In this document: piece after piece, positions 53,924 to 63,030 of the stretch
How the letters are laid out: every line of letters starts with the position of its first letter
Position numbering within the stretch: position 1 is the stretch's first letter
Source of the DNA: Rickettsiales bacterium
Lineage (GTDB): Bacteria; Pseudomonadota; Alphaproteobacteria; Rs-D84
DNA length: 64,000 nucleotides
NCBI GenBank assembly: GCA_031283185.1
Contig: JAITCH010000010.1
Location: forward strand, 63,237 to 127,236
Direction: 5' to 3'
Notes under the pieces: generated by a model
Database searches by the model: none
The model's input: only the letters and a program-made list of their open reading frames with translations
What the model was told of the DNA's origin: nothing
Made by a program: the position numbers and the translations under genes

Positions 53924-55342
53924 ATGCTTAAATTTGCTAAAATTTTTGGTGCTGTGTGTGGGGTGCTTGTTGTTGCTGGTGGCGCGAATGCTGCTGCGAC
54001 AGAGGCTGATTCTTCGGAACAGGTTATACAGACCACGGGCGGCGCGCAGAATATCGTAATTAGGGTCAAGGTTCGTTCAAAGTCGTCAGAATCTGGCACG
54101 GCGACCACTGCGGGCACTGCGGCGGCATCGTCAAAGCCTGTGCGTCGTAAGTTGAAATCTGGACCAGATAAATGGATTTATGAAAAGCCGAAACCGGTAG
54201 AGGTAAAGCAGGATGTGATAATTGACGGCAAGAATTCGGCAAAGAATTATGAATATGATTTAGAGCCGATTGATTGGGAGGATGACGAACAGGAATTGCC
54301 ACCTTCTCCAAAGCCGAGGGCAGTGGGCGAATGGCGGACGATAAGTGTAGATACGAATTTGGCGAATCCGTTTTTCCAACCACAGCAGGGCAGATTTACA
54401 TTTGATATAGATGCGAGACAGACAAATCATTCATTCAAATTCAAGGTTAAGGATGCTTATACGCCTAGTGTAGTGTATCCAGCGGGCGCTTCTAGTGTGA
54501 ATTTGGAAGGTAAAAAGTTTGGTTTTGATAATACTCAATCTCAGTATTTGGGACGAATTACATATGGTATTACAGATGCGTTAGAGATAAATGGAACGGT
54601 CGCTGGTTATGATCAGAGGTTTGTGTATCAAAATCGTTCGTTTGCTCTTGATTCAACCTTGGCGTTGGCAAATCCGCCGCATGATCTTACGAATGCTGGC
54701 AGTGGGTTGGAATCATGGGGGCTTGGTGTTGCGTGGCGCGTATATGATTATAACGAAGTTTTGTTCCAGGTGCGCGGTGAATACAGGCAGTTGCAGTATG
54801 AAAAAGCATCCGAGGTTCATCTTGGTGTGCAGGGCGGTATCGTTAATGGGCGCAGCACATTTTATGGACGATTGGGTCTGTATTTGTGGAATAATGAACT
54901 GGATGGATATGGATATGGGTTTGGATATGGGGCTACGGATTTTCCAGAAAACTTGTGGGAAAAGGTGTTGTTTGAAACTGACAACAAGCATCCGATTTAT
55001 GTGGAGGGGACAGCCGGTATCTTTACTGCGTTGAACGATAGTGTGTCGCTGGATGTCAATACCAGTTTGGCAGATTTAAGTTGGCGTAGTGTTTGGAGCA
55101 TTGGCAGTCAGTTGGCGTTCCAGCCTGTGGATGCATTTATGTTTATGCTATACGGGAGTTATAATCTGTATGATAGTTCCGCTGGTGTCAGCACTTCTCC
55201 CGATGATAATCAGTTAGTGTTATGGTCAAATATGTCTCCGCAGTATGGTTCTGACCGGGTTGGTTTCCGTCCTGTGAGCGGCATCAATGTTTCCGCCCCG
55301 CGCGAATTCACCTTCGGAGCCGGAATAAAGGTCTTGTTCTAA
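53924..55342 (+). CDS. hypothetical outer-membrane protein (472 aa, porin-like, C-terminal ...KVLF)
   Basis: Signal peptide and a C-terminal Phe. Confidence 0.5.
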   Translation: MLKFAKIFGAVCGVLVVAGGANAAATEADSSEQVIQTTGGAQNIVIRVKVRSKSSESGTATTAGTAAASSKPVRRKLKSGPDKWIYEKPKPVEVKQDVIIDGKNSAKNYEYDLEPIDWEDDEQELPPSPKPRAVGEWRTISVDTNLANPFFQPQQGRFTFDIDARQTNHSFKFKVKDAYTPSVVYPAGASSVNLEGKKFGFDNTQSQYLGRITYGITDALEINGTVAGYDQRFVYQNRSFALDSTLALANPPHDLTNAGSGLESWGLGVAWRVYDYNEVLFQVRGEYRQLQYEKASEVHLGVQGGIVNGRSTFYGRLGLYLWNNELDGYGYGFGYGATDFPENLWEKVLFETDNKHPIYVEGTAGIFTALNDSVSLDVNTSLADLSWRSVWSIGSQLAFQPVDAFMFMLYGSYNLYDSSAGVSTSPDDNQLVLWSNMSPQYGSDRVGFRPVSGINVSAPREFTFGAGIKVLF

Positions 55343-55346
55343 TAGC

Positions 55347-55453
55347 GGCGGGTGGGGGTCTCCCGACCCCCACCCGAACATTTTACAAAAATTGCTTTTG
55401 CAATTTTTGTCATTCCCGCGAAGGCGGGAATCTCAGATTGTAAAATGCAAAAT
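55347..55453. repeat. composite repeat family B copy: GGGTGGGGGTCTCCCGACCCCCACCC hairpin, a 10-bp-arm palindrome spacer, and GTCATTCCCGCGAAGGCGGGAATCTCAGATTGTAAAATGCAAAAT
   Basis: Matches 2898-2970, 3326-3406 and 29117-29194. The repeat supplies the ATG/5' region of the downstream OMP gene. Confidence 0.8.
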
Positions 55454-56167
55454 AAAAAGAAACAAATGAAAAAACTATTAACAATTTTCACTATCGCCAC
55501 ATTATCCACTCTGTCGGCACACGCAGAACGCGCATTTACTACCGACCCATTTGATCCATTGTGGCTGGGGCTGAAAGGTGTGGTGCTGGCGGAAACTGGC
55601 GCGGATATTTATAAATCAACGATCAGCGTGCCTGTGCGCGCCCAGTGGTCTGTGGTGGATGATTTTGCAATTGAAGTAGATGTGAATGGCCAGGCGGACT
55701 TCAACAATCCGAATAGCGGCGTGTCGAATCTTGGCCTTAACGCATATTATAGAATTTCCGAAGGCAAAATGATATTTGATATGGTTGGCGGATTCCGGCT
55801 TGGACGGGAAAATAGTCGTGTTGCGATGTATCGGGACGACATATATACTTTTGGTATGCGTATAGGAACTGTTCGGAACAAGATAACGCTTTCTATGGAT
55901 GTTCTAACGAATTGGGCGTTTAACGGGAATTATAGTTATGCTCAGTTAAACTTGGTTCCGAATGTGTATATTCGCCTAGACGAAGATTGGAAATTAGGCG
56001 CTTATGCGGATGTCAAAAAGGACACATATAATACTGGGCAGGAAGAGGTTCGCATAGGTGTTTTGGCGGTGAAACAATATGGCGCGACAAGTTATATGGG
56101 CGGCGCGGGATATGCTGTGAACGAGGCGAGTATTTACCTCCAAGCCCGCCTAGCCGTCCTGTTTTAA
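55442..56167 (+). CDS. outer-membrane beta-barrel protein (start 55442 or 55463)
   Basis: Signal peptide MKKLLTIFTIATLSTLSAHA, and a C-terminal ...LAVLF. Confidence 0.5.
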   Translation, partial: KMQNKKKQMKKLLTIFTIATLSTLSAHAERAFTTDPFDPLWLGLKGVVLAETGADIYKSTISVPVRAQWSVVDDFAIEVDVNGQADFNNPNSGVSNLGLNAYYRISEGKMIFDMVGGFRLGRENSRVAMYRDDIYTFGMRIGTVRNKITLSMDVLTNWAFNGNYSYAQLNLVPNVYIRLDEDWKLGAYADVKKDTYNTGQEEVRIGVLAVKQYGATSYMGGAGYAVNEASIYLQARLAVLF

Positions 56168-56185
56168 TTAAAAAAGGAGAATCAA

Positions 56186-56785
56186 ATGGCAATAAAGAAA
56201 AAGAAATCATCAGCAAAAAAGTCCCCATCAAAGGTCGTGCACTCAAAAGTCCCCTTCGCTGGCGAAGGGGTGGCGGGCTTTGCCCGCCGGGGTAGTGGTA
56301 ATAATCTGTCAGCCGAATCGACCGGGTTTGTCCGTTTCGGGGACGCGCTGAACAACTTCTTCCGCGGATATTTTGATTGTTATGGCACGGCGACCCGCGC
56401 AGAATTTTGGTGGCCGGTTTTGGCTGTGGTTTTATTGGTGGGTTTGCCGTGGGCATTGCCAGGATTTATTTTGGCGATTATGGTTCCGTTTGTAATGGTT
56501 ACGATTCGCCGTATGCACGACATTGGGAAATCTGGCTGGCATTATTACGGAATTGAAATTGGCTTTTTCGCGCTGTATCAAGTATTGACTGCGATTGCGA
56601 CTAGCCTTGCGGATAAAGAGATGCGCCTGATAGGCGATCCGGAAGAATTGCACGAAGTTATTGTTCATACGGGGCTTAGCGGCTTTATTGATGCGTTTGC
56701 GCTTGTTATGATGTTGGTAGTCAGCGCATATCTGATTTCATTATTGATCCGCCCATCTCTTCTAACCGGCAATAAGTATCGCTAA
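56186..56785 (+). CDS. DUF805-family inner membrane protein
   Basis: RRMHDIGKSGWHYY motif and TM helices. Confidence 0.6.
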   Translation: MAIKKKKSSAKKSPSKVVHSKVPFAGEGVAGFARRGSGNNLSAESTGFVRFGDALNNFFRGYFDCYGTATRAEFWWPVLAVVLLVGLPWALPGFILAIMVPFVMVTIRRMHDIGKSGWHYYGIEIGFFALYQVLTAIATSLADKEMRLIGDPEELHEVIVHTGLSGFIDAFALVMMLVVSAYLISLLIRPSLLTGNKYR

Positions 56786-56792
56786 GCCGATG

Positions 56793-56822
56793 CCGGGCGG
56801 GGTCTCCGAACCCCGCCCGGAA
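56793..56822. repeat. solo G-rich hairpin of repeat family B (CCGGGCGGGGTCTCCGAACCCCGCCCGG); may also serve as a terminator
   Basis: Same GGGGTCTCC-N-ACCCC design as the hairpins at 29117, 3378 and 55347. Confidence 0.6.
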
Positions 56823-56841
56823 CCATTTCCTCACCTTATTA

Positions 56842-58392
56842 TTACGCTCCGAACTTACCCCTATTAATCGATCTGTATGTCAATGCCTCGGCAATATCTT
56901 CCATAATGATATTTTCTGCGCCACGCAAATCTGCAATCGTCCGTGCGATTCGTAATACGCGATTGTATCCGCGCGCTGACAGCGACATTTTTTCCGCCGC
57001 TAAATTTATAAAGTCGCGCAACTCTTGCGTCAATGCGGTGGCGGTTTCCAACTCGCGCCCGTCCAGCCGGGCATTCAGAATTTCGCGCCCGAAAAGTTTC
57101 ACGCTTCGCGCGATCTGCCGTTCCCGCGCGGCGCAGGTGCGTGCCCGAATCGCTGCGGATGTTTCCTCGGGCGCGCTTTCTGTCCGCCCCAGTTCCCAAG
57201 GGTTCACCGAATCAACTTCAACATGCAAATCGATTCGATCCATTAGTGGTCCTGAAATTTTATTTTGATACGCCTCGGCACAGCGCGGTGCCTTGGAGCA
57301 CGATAATTTTGCATTCCCCAGGTGTCCGCACGGGCAGGGATTCATTGCCGCAATAAGTTGAAATTGCGCGGGGTATGTTGCATTGCGTTTCGCGCGCGAA
57401 ATGGTAATGCCGCCGGTTTCCATTGGCTGCCGTAAAATCTCTAATGCGCCGCGCTGAAATTCGGGCAGTTCGTCCAAAAATAACACGCCATTGTGCGCCA
57501 AAGAAATCTCGCCGGGCAGCGCGTTGGAACCGCCGCCGGACAGCGCGATTTGACTTGCGGTGTGGTGGACGGCGCGGAACGGACGGGCATTCATCAACCC
57601 GCCGCCTTTGAGGAGCCCCGCGACAGAATAGATGACCGAAGTATCTAAAACCTCGCGTTGCGTCATCGGCGGCAATATAGAGCCGAGGCGCGATGCGAGC
57701 ATTGATTTACCCGCGCCCGGAGGGCCGACCATTAACATTGCGTGCCCGCCTGCCGCGGCGATTTCCAATGCCCGTTTTGCTGCCGCTTGCCCCTTTACTT
57801 CGGACATATCTGCCGAATCAGTTCCCCTCCGGTGGAGGGGTGCCGCCAAAGGCGGCGGGGTGGTCTCGGGCGCAGGCATTGGTTCATTATGTCTAAACCA
57901 ATTCACCAAATCCAAAACATTTCCGGCGGCCAGGATATTTTTATTTCCCGCCCACTTGGCCTCGTCCATATTGTCAACGGGGCAAATGATGCCCAACCCT
58001 TGGTCGTTTGCCCAAATACTGGCGGGCAGGACGCCATTTGCCCGCAGGATTGTGCCGTCAAGGCCGACTTCGCCCATAATGACATATTTTGCCAGTTCTT
58101 CTTCTGGCAATACGCCCATCGCGGCGAGAACGGCGCATAGAATCGGCAGGTCAAAGTGCGCACCGGTCTTGGTCAGGTCGGCGGGCGCAAGGTTCACTAC
58201 GACTTTCTTTGCGGGTATGGACAGGTTCATTGCCTTGAAGGCGGATTCAATGCGGGTGGATGCTTCTTTGACGGCGCGGTCGGCGAGCCCAACGATGAAG
58301 AATTTAACCATTCCGTGGGATATTTGCGCCTGTGCTTCGACGCGGGTTATTTCCAGTCCATTAAAAACGATAGTATTTATATTCGCCGTCAT
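56842..58392 (-). CDS. comM: YifB/ComM-family Mg-chelatase-like AAA+ ATPase, carrying an in-frame half-repeat insertion in the inter-domain linker
   Basis: Lon-like N-terminal domain, Walker A GPPGAGKS, and a C-terminal ChlI-like domain. The repeat at 57821-57864 encodes PETTPPPLAAPLHRRG. Confidence 0.9.
   Translation of the reverse strand: MTANINTIVFNGLEITRVEAQAQISHGMVKFFIVGLADRAVKEASTRIESAFKAMNLSIPAKKVVVNLAPADLTKTGAHFDLPILCAVLAAMGVLPEEELAKYVIMGEVGLDGTILRANGVLPASIWANDQGLGIICPVDNMDEAKWAGNKNILAAGNVLDLVNWFRHNEPMPAPETTPPPLAAPLHRRGTDSADMSEVKGQAAAKRALEIAAAGGHAMLMVGPPGAGKSMLASRLGSILPPMTQREVLDTSVIYSVAGLLKGGGLMNARPFRAVHHTASQIALSGGGSNALPGEISLAHNGVLFLDELPEFQRGALEILRQPMETGGITISRAKRNATYPAQFQLIAAMNPCPCGHLGNAKLSCSKAPRCAEAYQNKISGPLMDRIDLHVEVDSVNPWELGRTESAPEETSAAIRARTCAARERQIARSVKLFGREILNARLDGRELETATALTQELRDFINLAAEKMSLSARGYNRVLRIARTIADLRGAENIIMEDIAEALTYRSINRGKFGA
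57821..57864. repeat. terminal half-copy of the composite repeat, inserted in-frame within comM
   Basis: GTTCCCCTCCGGTGGAGGGGTG-CCGCCAAAGGCGGC-GGGGTGGTCT on the plus strand. It is read through on the minus strand. Confidence 0.8.
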
Positions 58393-58423
58393 TTCTCTTT
58401 CCTTTTATACCCTGCCCCCTTGA

Positions 58424-58444
58424 GGGGCGGGGGAGGGGTGGGGG
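58424..58444 (+). promoter_or_regulatory. G-quadruplex-type motif GGGGCGGGGGAGGGGTGGGGG between divergent genes (comM and 58514..60010)
   Basis: Four G-tracts of at least 4 nt separated by single nucleotides, read directly from the sequence. Confidence 0.4.
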
Positions 58445-58513
58445 TTAAATTAATTCTAAAAATTTACCCTTTTTTATGATATACTACAAGTAATTAATGT
58501 AGAGGGGAATGTT

Positions 58514-60010
58514 ATGCAAAAATTTATATTTGGAAGTTTGGCGGTTCTGTTCAGTGCATCTGCTGCGTCTGCGAATACATATTATAATCCTGGGAATGTG
58601 GGTCAGTATAACCAAGGTGGATTTATAGGGCAGGGTAATGCCAGTCAGCAGTATCAACCTCGCGGCGGCGGTTATCAGGGAAATTATCAAGGCGGTGGCT
58701 ATCAGGGTGGCGGCTATCAGCCGCAACAGAATCAGCAATTTCGTCCTTATGGACAGGGCGCGCCCGGCGCGTATGGCCAGCAGAATCGCGGATACGGATA
58801 TGGTCAACAGGGGCAGCAGTCTCGCGGACAGAAACCGCAGGCGAGCAAGGCGTTCGAGTTTGATGTGTTTGCGGGATATGAGGGCGCAGATTTTGGATTC
58901 AATATGAATAGTGCTGGGTCAGAGATTAGCTTTAATAATATCACTTGGCAAAAGATTGGCGCGGCGGGCAAGGGGACATTTGACTTGGGCGGCACGGCTG
59001 TGGAGATAAAGGGCGGATTGGAACTTGGCACGCAGGGCAAGTCCGGCACCGTTACGGACGATGATATGCAGAATGGAGGAATATGGAGTGGCTTTGTATA
59101 TTTCTCAAATGGCGCGCAAGATCCTTCGCTTTTGAATTGGTCTAGTCTGGGCGGCGATAACGAATGGGTCAATTTTGGATCCACAGAATTGGCGTATGGC
59201 GTGGGCGAGCAGGGCAAAGGAAGTTCTCTTGGATTTTTTGCATCTGTTGGTCTGGCGAATGGTTGGACATTGGCGGATAATATAACTTTAAAGCCATCGG
59301 TTGGTTATAGATATGAAAGTTATAAATTGATTGGACAGAATGTTATAACGACATCGGTTCTTGCAATTTTGGGCGAAGGATATGACGAGCAGGGTGTTCC
59401 ATATATGATGGGGGATTTGCAGGCGGTTGCTGATTTCTGTGGGAACGCGTCAAATGCTTGTGATGTTATGGTTGTTTTTGATAAGGATGACATACCTCAT
59501 TTTGTCGGATTTGTTATGGGGCTAGACGATTATGACGAGCCGTGGTTTTTAACTTTGGCTTCGGCGCACGCATTGGATGGCATTACGCATAAGTATGATG
59601 TTGTTTGGGCGGGACCATTTATCGCAGCGGACATAGAGGCGAAGTTGATGCCAAAGATGACGGCGAATATGCGGATTGAAATAGGTTTCCCTGGATATTC
59701 GTCCGAGGCGGATCAGCCGTTCCGTAGTGATTTGGCGCATCCAGTGGCGTTTAGGGATTCTGCGGGAATGTTCAGCGGGATGCATTATGGGTTGATGTTG
59801 GGCTATACGGCGGCGATTACGGACGGGATGTCGGTTGGGTTAGATTGGAAATGGGATTATTATGAAGTTAAGGGTGCGGCGAGCGAGAGTTTCTATGCGC
59901 GTGGTTATCCTGCATATGAGGAACATGGTCCAAGCTTTAAGATTGATAATGAAGTGAATGCCCGGTATAAGCAGTCTGGCCTCCGCGCCACCCTCAAAAT
60001 GAAATTCTAA
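58514..60010 (+). CDS. outer-membrane protein with an N-terminal Q/G/Y-rich low-complexity region (GGYQG repeats)
   Basis: Signal peptide and a ~90-aa QGY-rich region, followed by a predicted beta-barrel ending ...LKMKF. Confidence 0.55.
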   Translation: MQKFIFGSLAVLFSASAASANTYYNPGNVGQYNQGGFIGQGNASQQYQPRGGGYQGNYQGGGYQGGGYQPQQNQQFRPYGQGAPGAYGQQNRGYGYGQQGQQSRGQKPQASKAFEFDVFAGYEGADFGFNMNSAGSEISFNNITWQKIGAAGKGTFDLGGTAVEIKGGLELGTQGKSGTVTDDDMQNGGIWSGFVYFSNGAQDPSLLNWSSLGGDNEWVNFGSTELAYGVGEQGKGSSLGFFASVGLANGWTLADNITLKPSVGYRYESYKLIGQNVITTSVLAILGEGYDEQGVPYMMGDLQAVADFCGNASNACDVMVVFDKDDIPHFVGFVMGLDDYDEPWFLTLASAHALDGITHKYDVVWAGPFIAADIEAKLMPKMTANMRIEIGFPGYSSEADQPFRSDLAHPVAFRDSAGMFSGMHYGLMLGYTAAITDGMSVGLDWKWDYYEVKGAASESFYARGYPAYEEHGPSFKIDNEVNARYKQSGLRATLKMKF

Positions 60011-60014
60011 TTAA

Positions 60015-60044
60015 AATCCCCCTCCATTGGAGGGGAATTTTCTT
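60015..60044 (+). terminator. intrinsic terminator CCCCCTCCATTGGAGGGG followed by a T-rich tract
   Basis: Hairpin directly after the stop. Confidence 0.65.
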
Positions 60045-60101
60045 CACTTTACACCCGACATTCTTTGTTCTATAATACCATGTCAAAGACAGAGGAATAC
60101 A

Positions 60102-60746
60102 ATGAAGTTCAAGTTATATATTATTATATTATGTGCATTTTTTGCAACTCCAACACTCGGGGCATCAGAACTTTCAGCCTCTCGCCAGGTTGAAATAACC
60201 GCGGCAAATTCGGTGGATGCAAAGAATCGCGCTGTGAATGATGCGCGCCAATCGTTGGTCAAAGAATTACTGCGCCGTAGTTCGTCTTCGGATGCCTCGC
60301 GGACAGAGGCCGCGCTGGAACGCCTGACCGATTCGGAAACTTCGGCACTTGTGCGATCGATGAGCATAGAGAACGAAAAGCGGTCGTCAAAGTCGTATGC
60401 GGCAAAGATAACGATAAATTTGGATGCCGAGGCGATGGCAGATTGGTTCGAGAATAGGAACTTGTCGTTTGCGCCGATTTTAGACGCGCAGGTTGGCTGG
60501 ATGCCGGTTTATGTAAATGTGCCTAATGGGCTGAACCAGTGGATATGGTTTAATGCCAAGTTAAGGGATGCCAAGGTTCAGAATCGCGGGGGGTTTCAAG
60601 TATTGCAGATTGGCGGCGGTGTTATTTCCGGCCGGATTTCATCTGATAACGCGCATAAGTTTGCAAGTAATGTTCGTTCCATTGGCGCGAATGTTCAGAA
60701 TGGCGGCACCCTTCGCATTTCATTACCACACGAATCAATGCAATAA
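60102..60746 (+). CDS. hypothetical secreted protein (214 aa)
   Basis: Signal peptide MKFKLYIIILCAFFATPTLGA. Confidence 0.45.
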   Translation: MKFKLYIIILCAFFATPTLGASELSASRQVEITAANSVDAKNRAVNDARQSLVKELLRRSSSSDASRTEAALERLTDSETSALVRSMSIENEKRSSKSYAAKITINLDAEAMADWFENRNLSFAPILDAQVGWMPVYVNVPNGLNQWIWFNAKLRDAKVQNRGGFQVLQIGGGVISGRISSDNAHKFASNVRSIGANVQNGGTLRISLPHESMQ

Positions 60747-60747
60747 T

Positions 60748-60779
60748 GTCATTCCGGGGCTTGACCCCGGAATCTTGCC
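60748..60779. repeat. REP/RPE-like element, 2 nt after the stop codon
   Basis: GTCATTCCGGGGCTTGACCCCGGAATCTTGCC. Confidence 0.8.
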
Positions 60780-60941
60780 TTTTTCACTTGCATTTTGCTT
60801 AAAATATCTATAAAATACTCCAACATTCTTCGGAATGAAATAAACAGGCTAGGTTTTAGGTAGTCTTCACGATTGCCTTCCAGTGCCCCGATGGGGTTCC
60901 CGACCAGCCGAAGTCCAACTGGTAAAACAAAAGGAAAAAAG

Positions 60942-61805
60942 ATGGCTTTACCGAAATTTACTATGAAACAACTGCTGGAAGCGGGTGTGCACTTTGGGCA
61001 TCATACGCGCAGATTTGAACCGCTGATGACCCCGTATGTCTTTGGGATAAAGGATTCAATCCGTATAATTGACCTTAATAAGACTGCGCCGCTGCTCCAC
61101 CGCGCTTTGACCGAACTGGAATCCGTTGCCGCAGCAGGCGGAAAAATTATGTTCATTGCGACCAAACCCCAGGCGCGTGAATTGGTCAAGGAAGCGGCCG
61201 AAAGATGCGGACAATTCTATGTCAACAGCCGCTGGCTGGGCGGAATGATGACGAATTGGGGCACGATTTCGCAATCCATTCGCCGGATGAAACATCTGGA
61301 AAAACAGATAGAAGACGGCGCGTCATTGGGTCTGACGAAAAAAGAAATTCTTAATATGACAAAGGAAGTTGAAAAACTTCGCGGCATATTCGGTGGAATT
61401 TTGGATATGCACGGCGTGCCGCAGGCAGTGGTTATTATTGATGTGCCGCATGAATATAATGCGGTAAAAGAAGCGGCGGTTTTGGGCATTCCTGCGATTG
61501 CGATTTGTGATACGAATGCGAATCCGTCATTGGTTGAATTCCCTGTGCCGGGCAATGACGATGCGGCGCGGGCGATTCGGTTGTATTGTGATTTGTTTTC
61601 GGACGCGATATTGTCGGGCATTGAAAAACGGCTTGCGGGCAAGGATGTGCAAAAGTCCAAGGGCGACATAGCCGCGGAAGAAGAGGACGAGTTGGAAGAA
61701 AAAGTTGTGGAAAGGGAATTGAAAGAAAAGTCCAAAACTTCCGAAGCGCGCGCTGTCCGCCGCGAGAAACTGGCCGAAAAAGCCGAAGAAAAATCCGCCG
61801 AATAA
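60942..61805 (+). CDS. rpsB: 30S ribosomal protein S2
   Basis: Starts MALPKFTMKQLLEAGVHFGH. The start is chosen at the Met with an AAAAGGAAAAAAG RBS. Confidence 0.9.
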   Translation: MALPKFTMKQLLEAGVHFGHHTRRFEPLMTPYVFGIKDSIRIIDLNKTAPLLHRALTELESVAAAGGKIMFIATKPQARELVKEAAERCGQFYVNSRWLGGMMTNWGTISQSIRRMKHLEKQIEDGASLGLTKKEILNMTKEVEKLRGIFGGILDMHGVPQAVVIIDVPHEYNAVKEAAVLGIPAIAICDTNANPSLVEFPVPGNDDAARAIRLYCDLFSDAILSGIEKRLAGKDVQKSKGDIAAEEEDELEEKVVERELKEKSKTSEARAVRREKLAEKAEEKSAE

Positions 61806-61812
61806 TTAATAA

Positions 61813-61844
61813 GTCATCCCCCGGCTTGACCGGGGGATCTCGGC
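61813..61844. repeat. REP/RPE-like element (GTCATCCCCCGGCTTGACCGGGGGATCTCGGC) between rpsB and tsf
   Basis: A family member with compensatory stem changes. Confidence 0.8.
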
Positions 61845-61863
61845 AAAATTAAAGGAATCTAAA

Positions 61864-62742
61864 ATGTCAGAAATAACTTCAAATATGGTAAAGGAACTCC
61901 GCGAAAAGACTTTTGCGGGTATGATGGATTGCAAAAAGGCATTGACCGAAACGGGTGGAGATATGGCGGCGGCGGCGGATTGGCTGCGCGAAAAAGGCAT
62001 ATTGAAAGCGGCGAAAAAATCCGATCGCGTTGCGGCGGCGGGACTTGTCGCGGCCAAGGCCGAGGGGAAATTGGGCGTGTTGGTAGAGGTAAATTCCGAA
62101 ACTGATTTCACTGCGAAAAACGGAATGTTCACAAAACTTGCGACTGATGTTTTGGACGCGGCATATGGGCACAAGGGCGACCTAGAAGCGACCCGGGCAA
62201 AGATGGCGGACGCGTTGACTGCGGCGGTTGCTACCATTGGCGAAAATATGGTTATTCGCCGTGCGGAAAAGATAGAGGCGGATTCGGTTCTGAAATATGT
62301 TCATAATTCTGTGGACGGCGGGACGCTTGGTCAGATTGGCGTGTTGGTCGGTTTGAATGGTGGGGATGAAGCGGCGCGGAAAGATTTGGGTCTGAAAATT
62401 GCGATGCATGTAGCGGCGGCCAAGCCGGACTTTTTGCGTGCTTCGGATGTCAAGCCCGAGGTTATAGAGAAAGAGAAAAAGTTCTTTATAGAGTCTGGCG
62501 CGACCAATGGCAAACCTGAACAAGTTGTGGCAAAAATGATAGAGGGTCGCATTAACAAATTCTTTGGCGAGGTTGCATTGGAAGAACAGGCGTTTGTAAT
62601 GGAGCCCGAGAAAAAAGTGAAACAGGTTGCGGCAGAGCAGGGTATGACGATTGCGGGTTTCGCAAGATTCTTGCTTGGCGACGGCATTGAAAAGGTGCAA
62701 GAGAATTTGGCAGACGAAGTCGCCAAAACATTAGGCAATTAA
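61864..62742 (+). CDS. tsf: elongation factor Ts
   Basis: Starts ITSNMVKELREKTFAGMMDCKKAL. The rpsB-tsf order is conserved in other bacteria. Confidence 0.9.
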   Translation: MSEITSNMVKELREKTFAGMMDCKKALTETGGDMAAAADWLREKGILKAAKKSDRVAAAGLVAAKAEGKLGVLVEVNSETDFTAKNGMFTKLATDVLDAAYGHKGDLEATRAKMADALTAAVATIGENMVIRRAEKIEADSVLKYVHNSVDGGTLGQIGVLVGLNGGDEAARKDLGLKIAMHVAAAKPDFLRASDVKPEVIEKEKKFFIESGATNGKPEQVVAKMIEGRINKFFGEVALEEQAFVMEPEKKVKQVAAEQGMTIAGFARFLLGDGIEKVQENLADEVAKTLGN

Positions 62743-62762
62743 AAAATAAAAAGGAAAACATT

Positions 62763-62972
62763 ATGAAAAAGGGAATTCATCCAGAATATCATACGATAAA
62801 GGTTACGGCGGTAGACGGCAGCGTTATTGAAATGCACTCGACCGTTGCAAAGGATATAACACTTGATACGGATCCGTCGAATCATCCGGCTTGGACTGGG
62901 CAGCGGGCATCGGTTGAGCGTGGTCAGCGCGTGAATAAGTTCAAGGCGAAATTCGGCGACTTTAAGTTATAA
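62763..62972 (+). CDS. rpmE: 50S ribosomal protein L31
   Basis: Starts MKKGIHPEYH. Confidence 0.9.
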   Translation: MKKGIHPEYHTIKVTAVDGSVIEMHSTVAKDITLDTDPSNHPAWTGQRASVERGQRVNKFKAKFGDFKL

Positions 62973-62978
62973 TCAAAT

Positions 62979-63025
62979 AATTCCCCGCCAATGGTGGCGG
63001 GGTGGCACGAAGTGCCGGGGTGGTT
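62979..63025. repeat. terminal half-copy of the composite repeat
   Basis: AATTCCCCGCCAATGGTGGCGGGGTG-GCACGAAGTGCC-GGGGTGGTTAG. Confidence 0.75.
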
Positions 63026-63030
63026 AGAAA

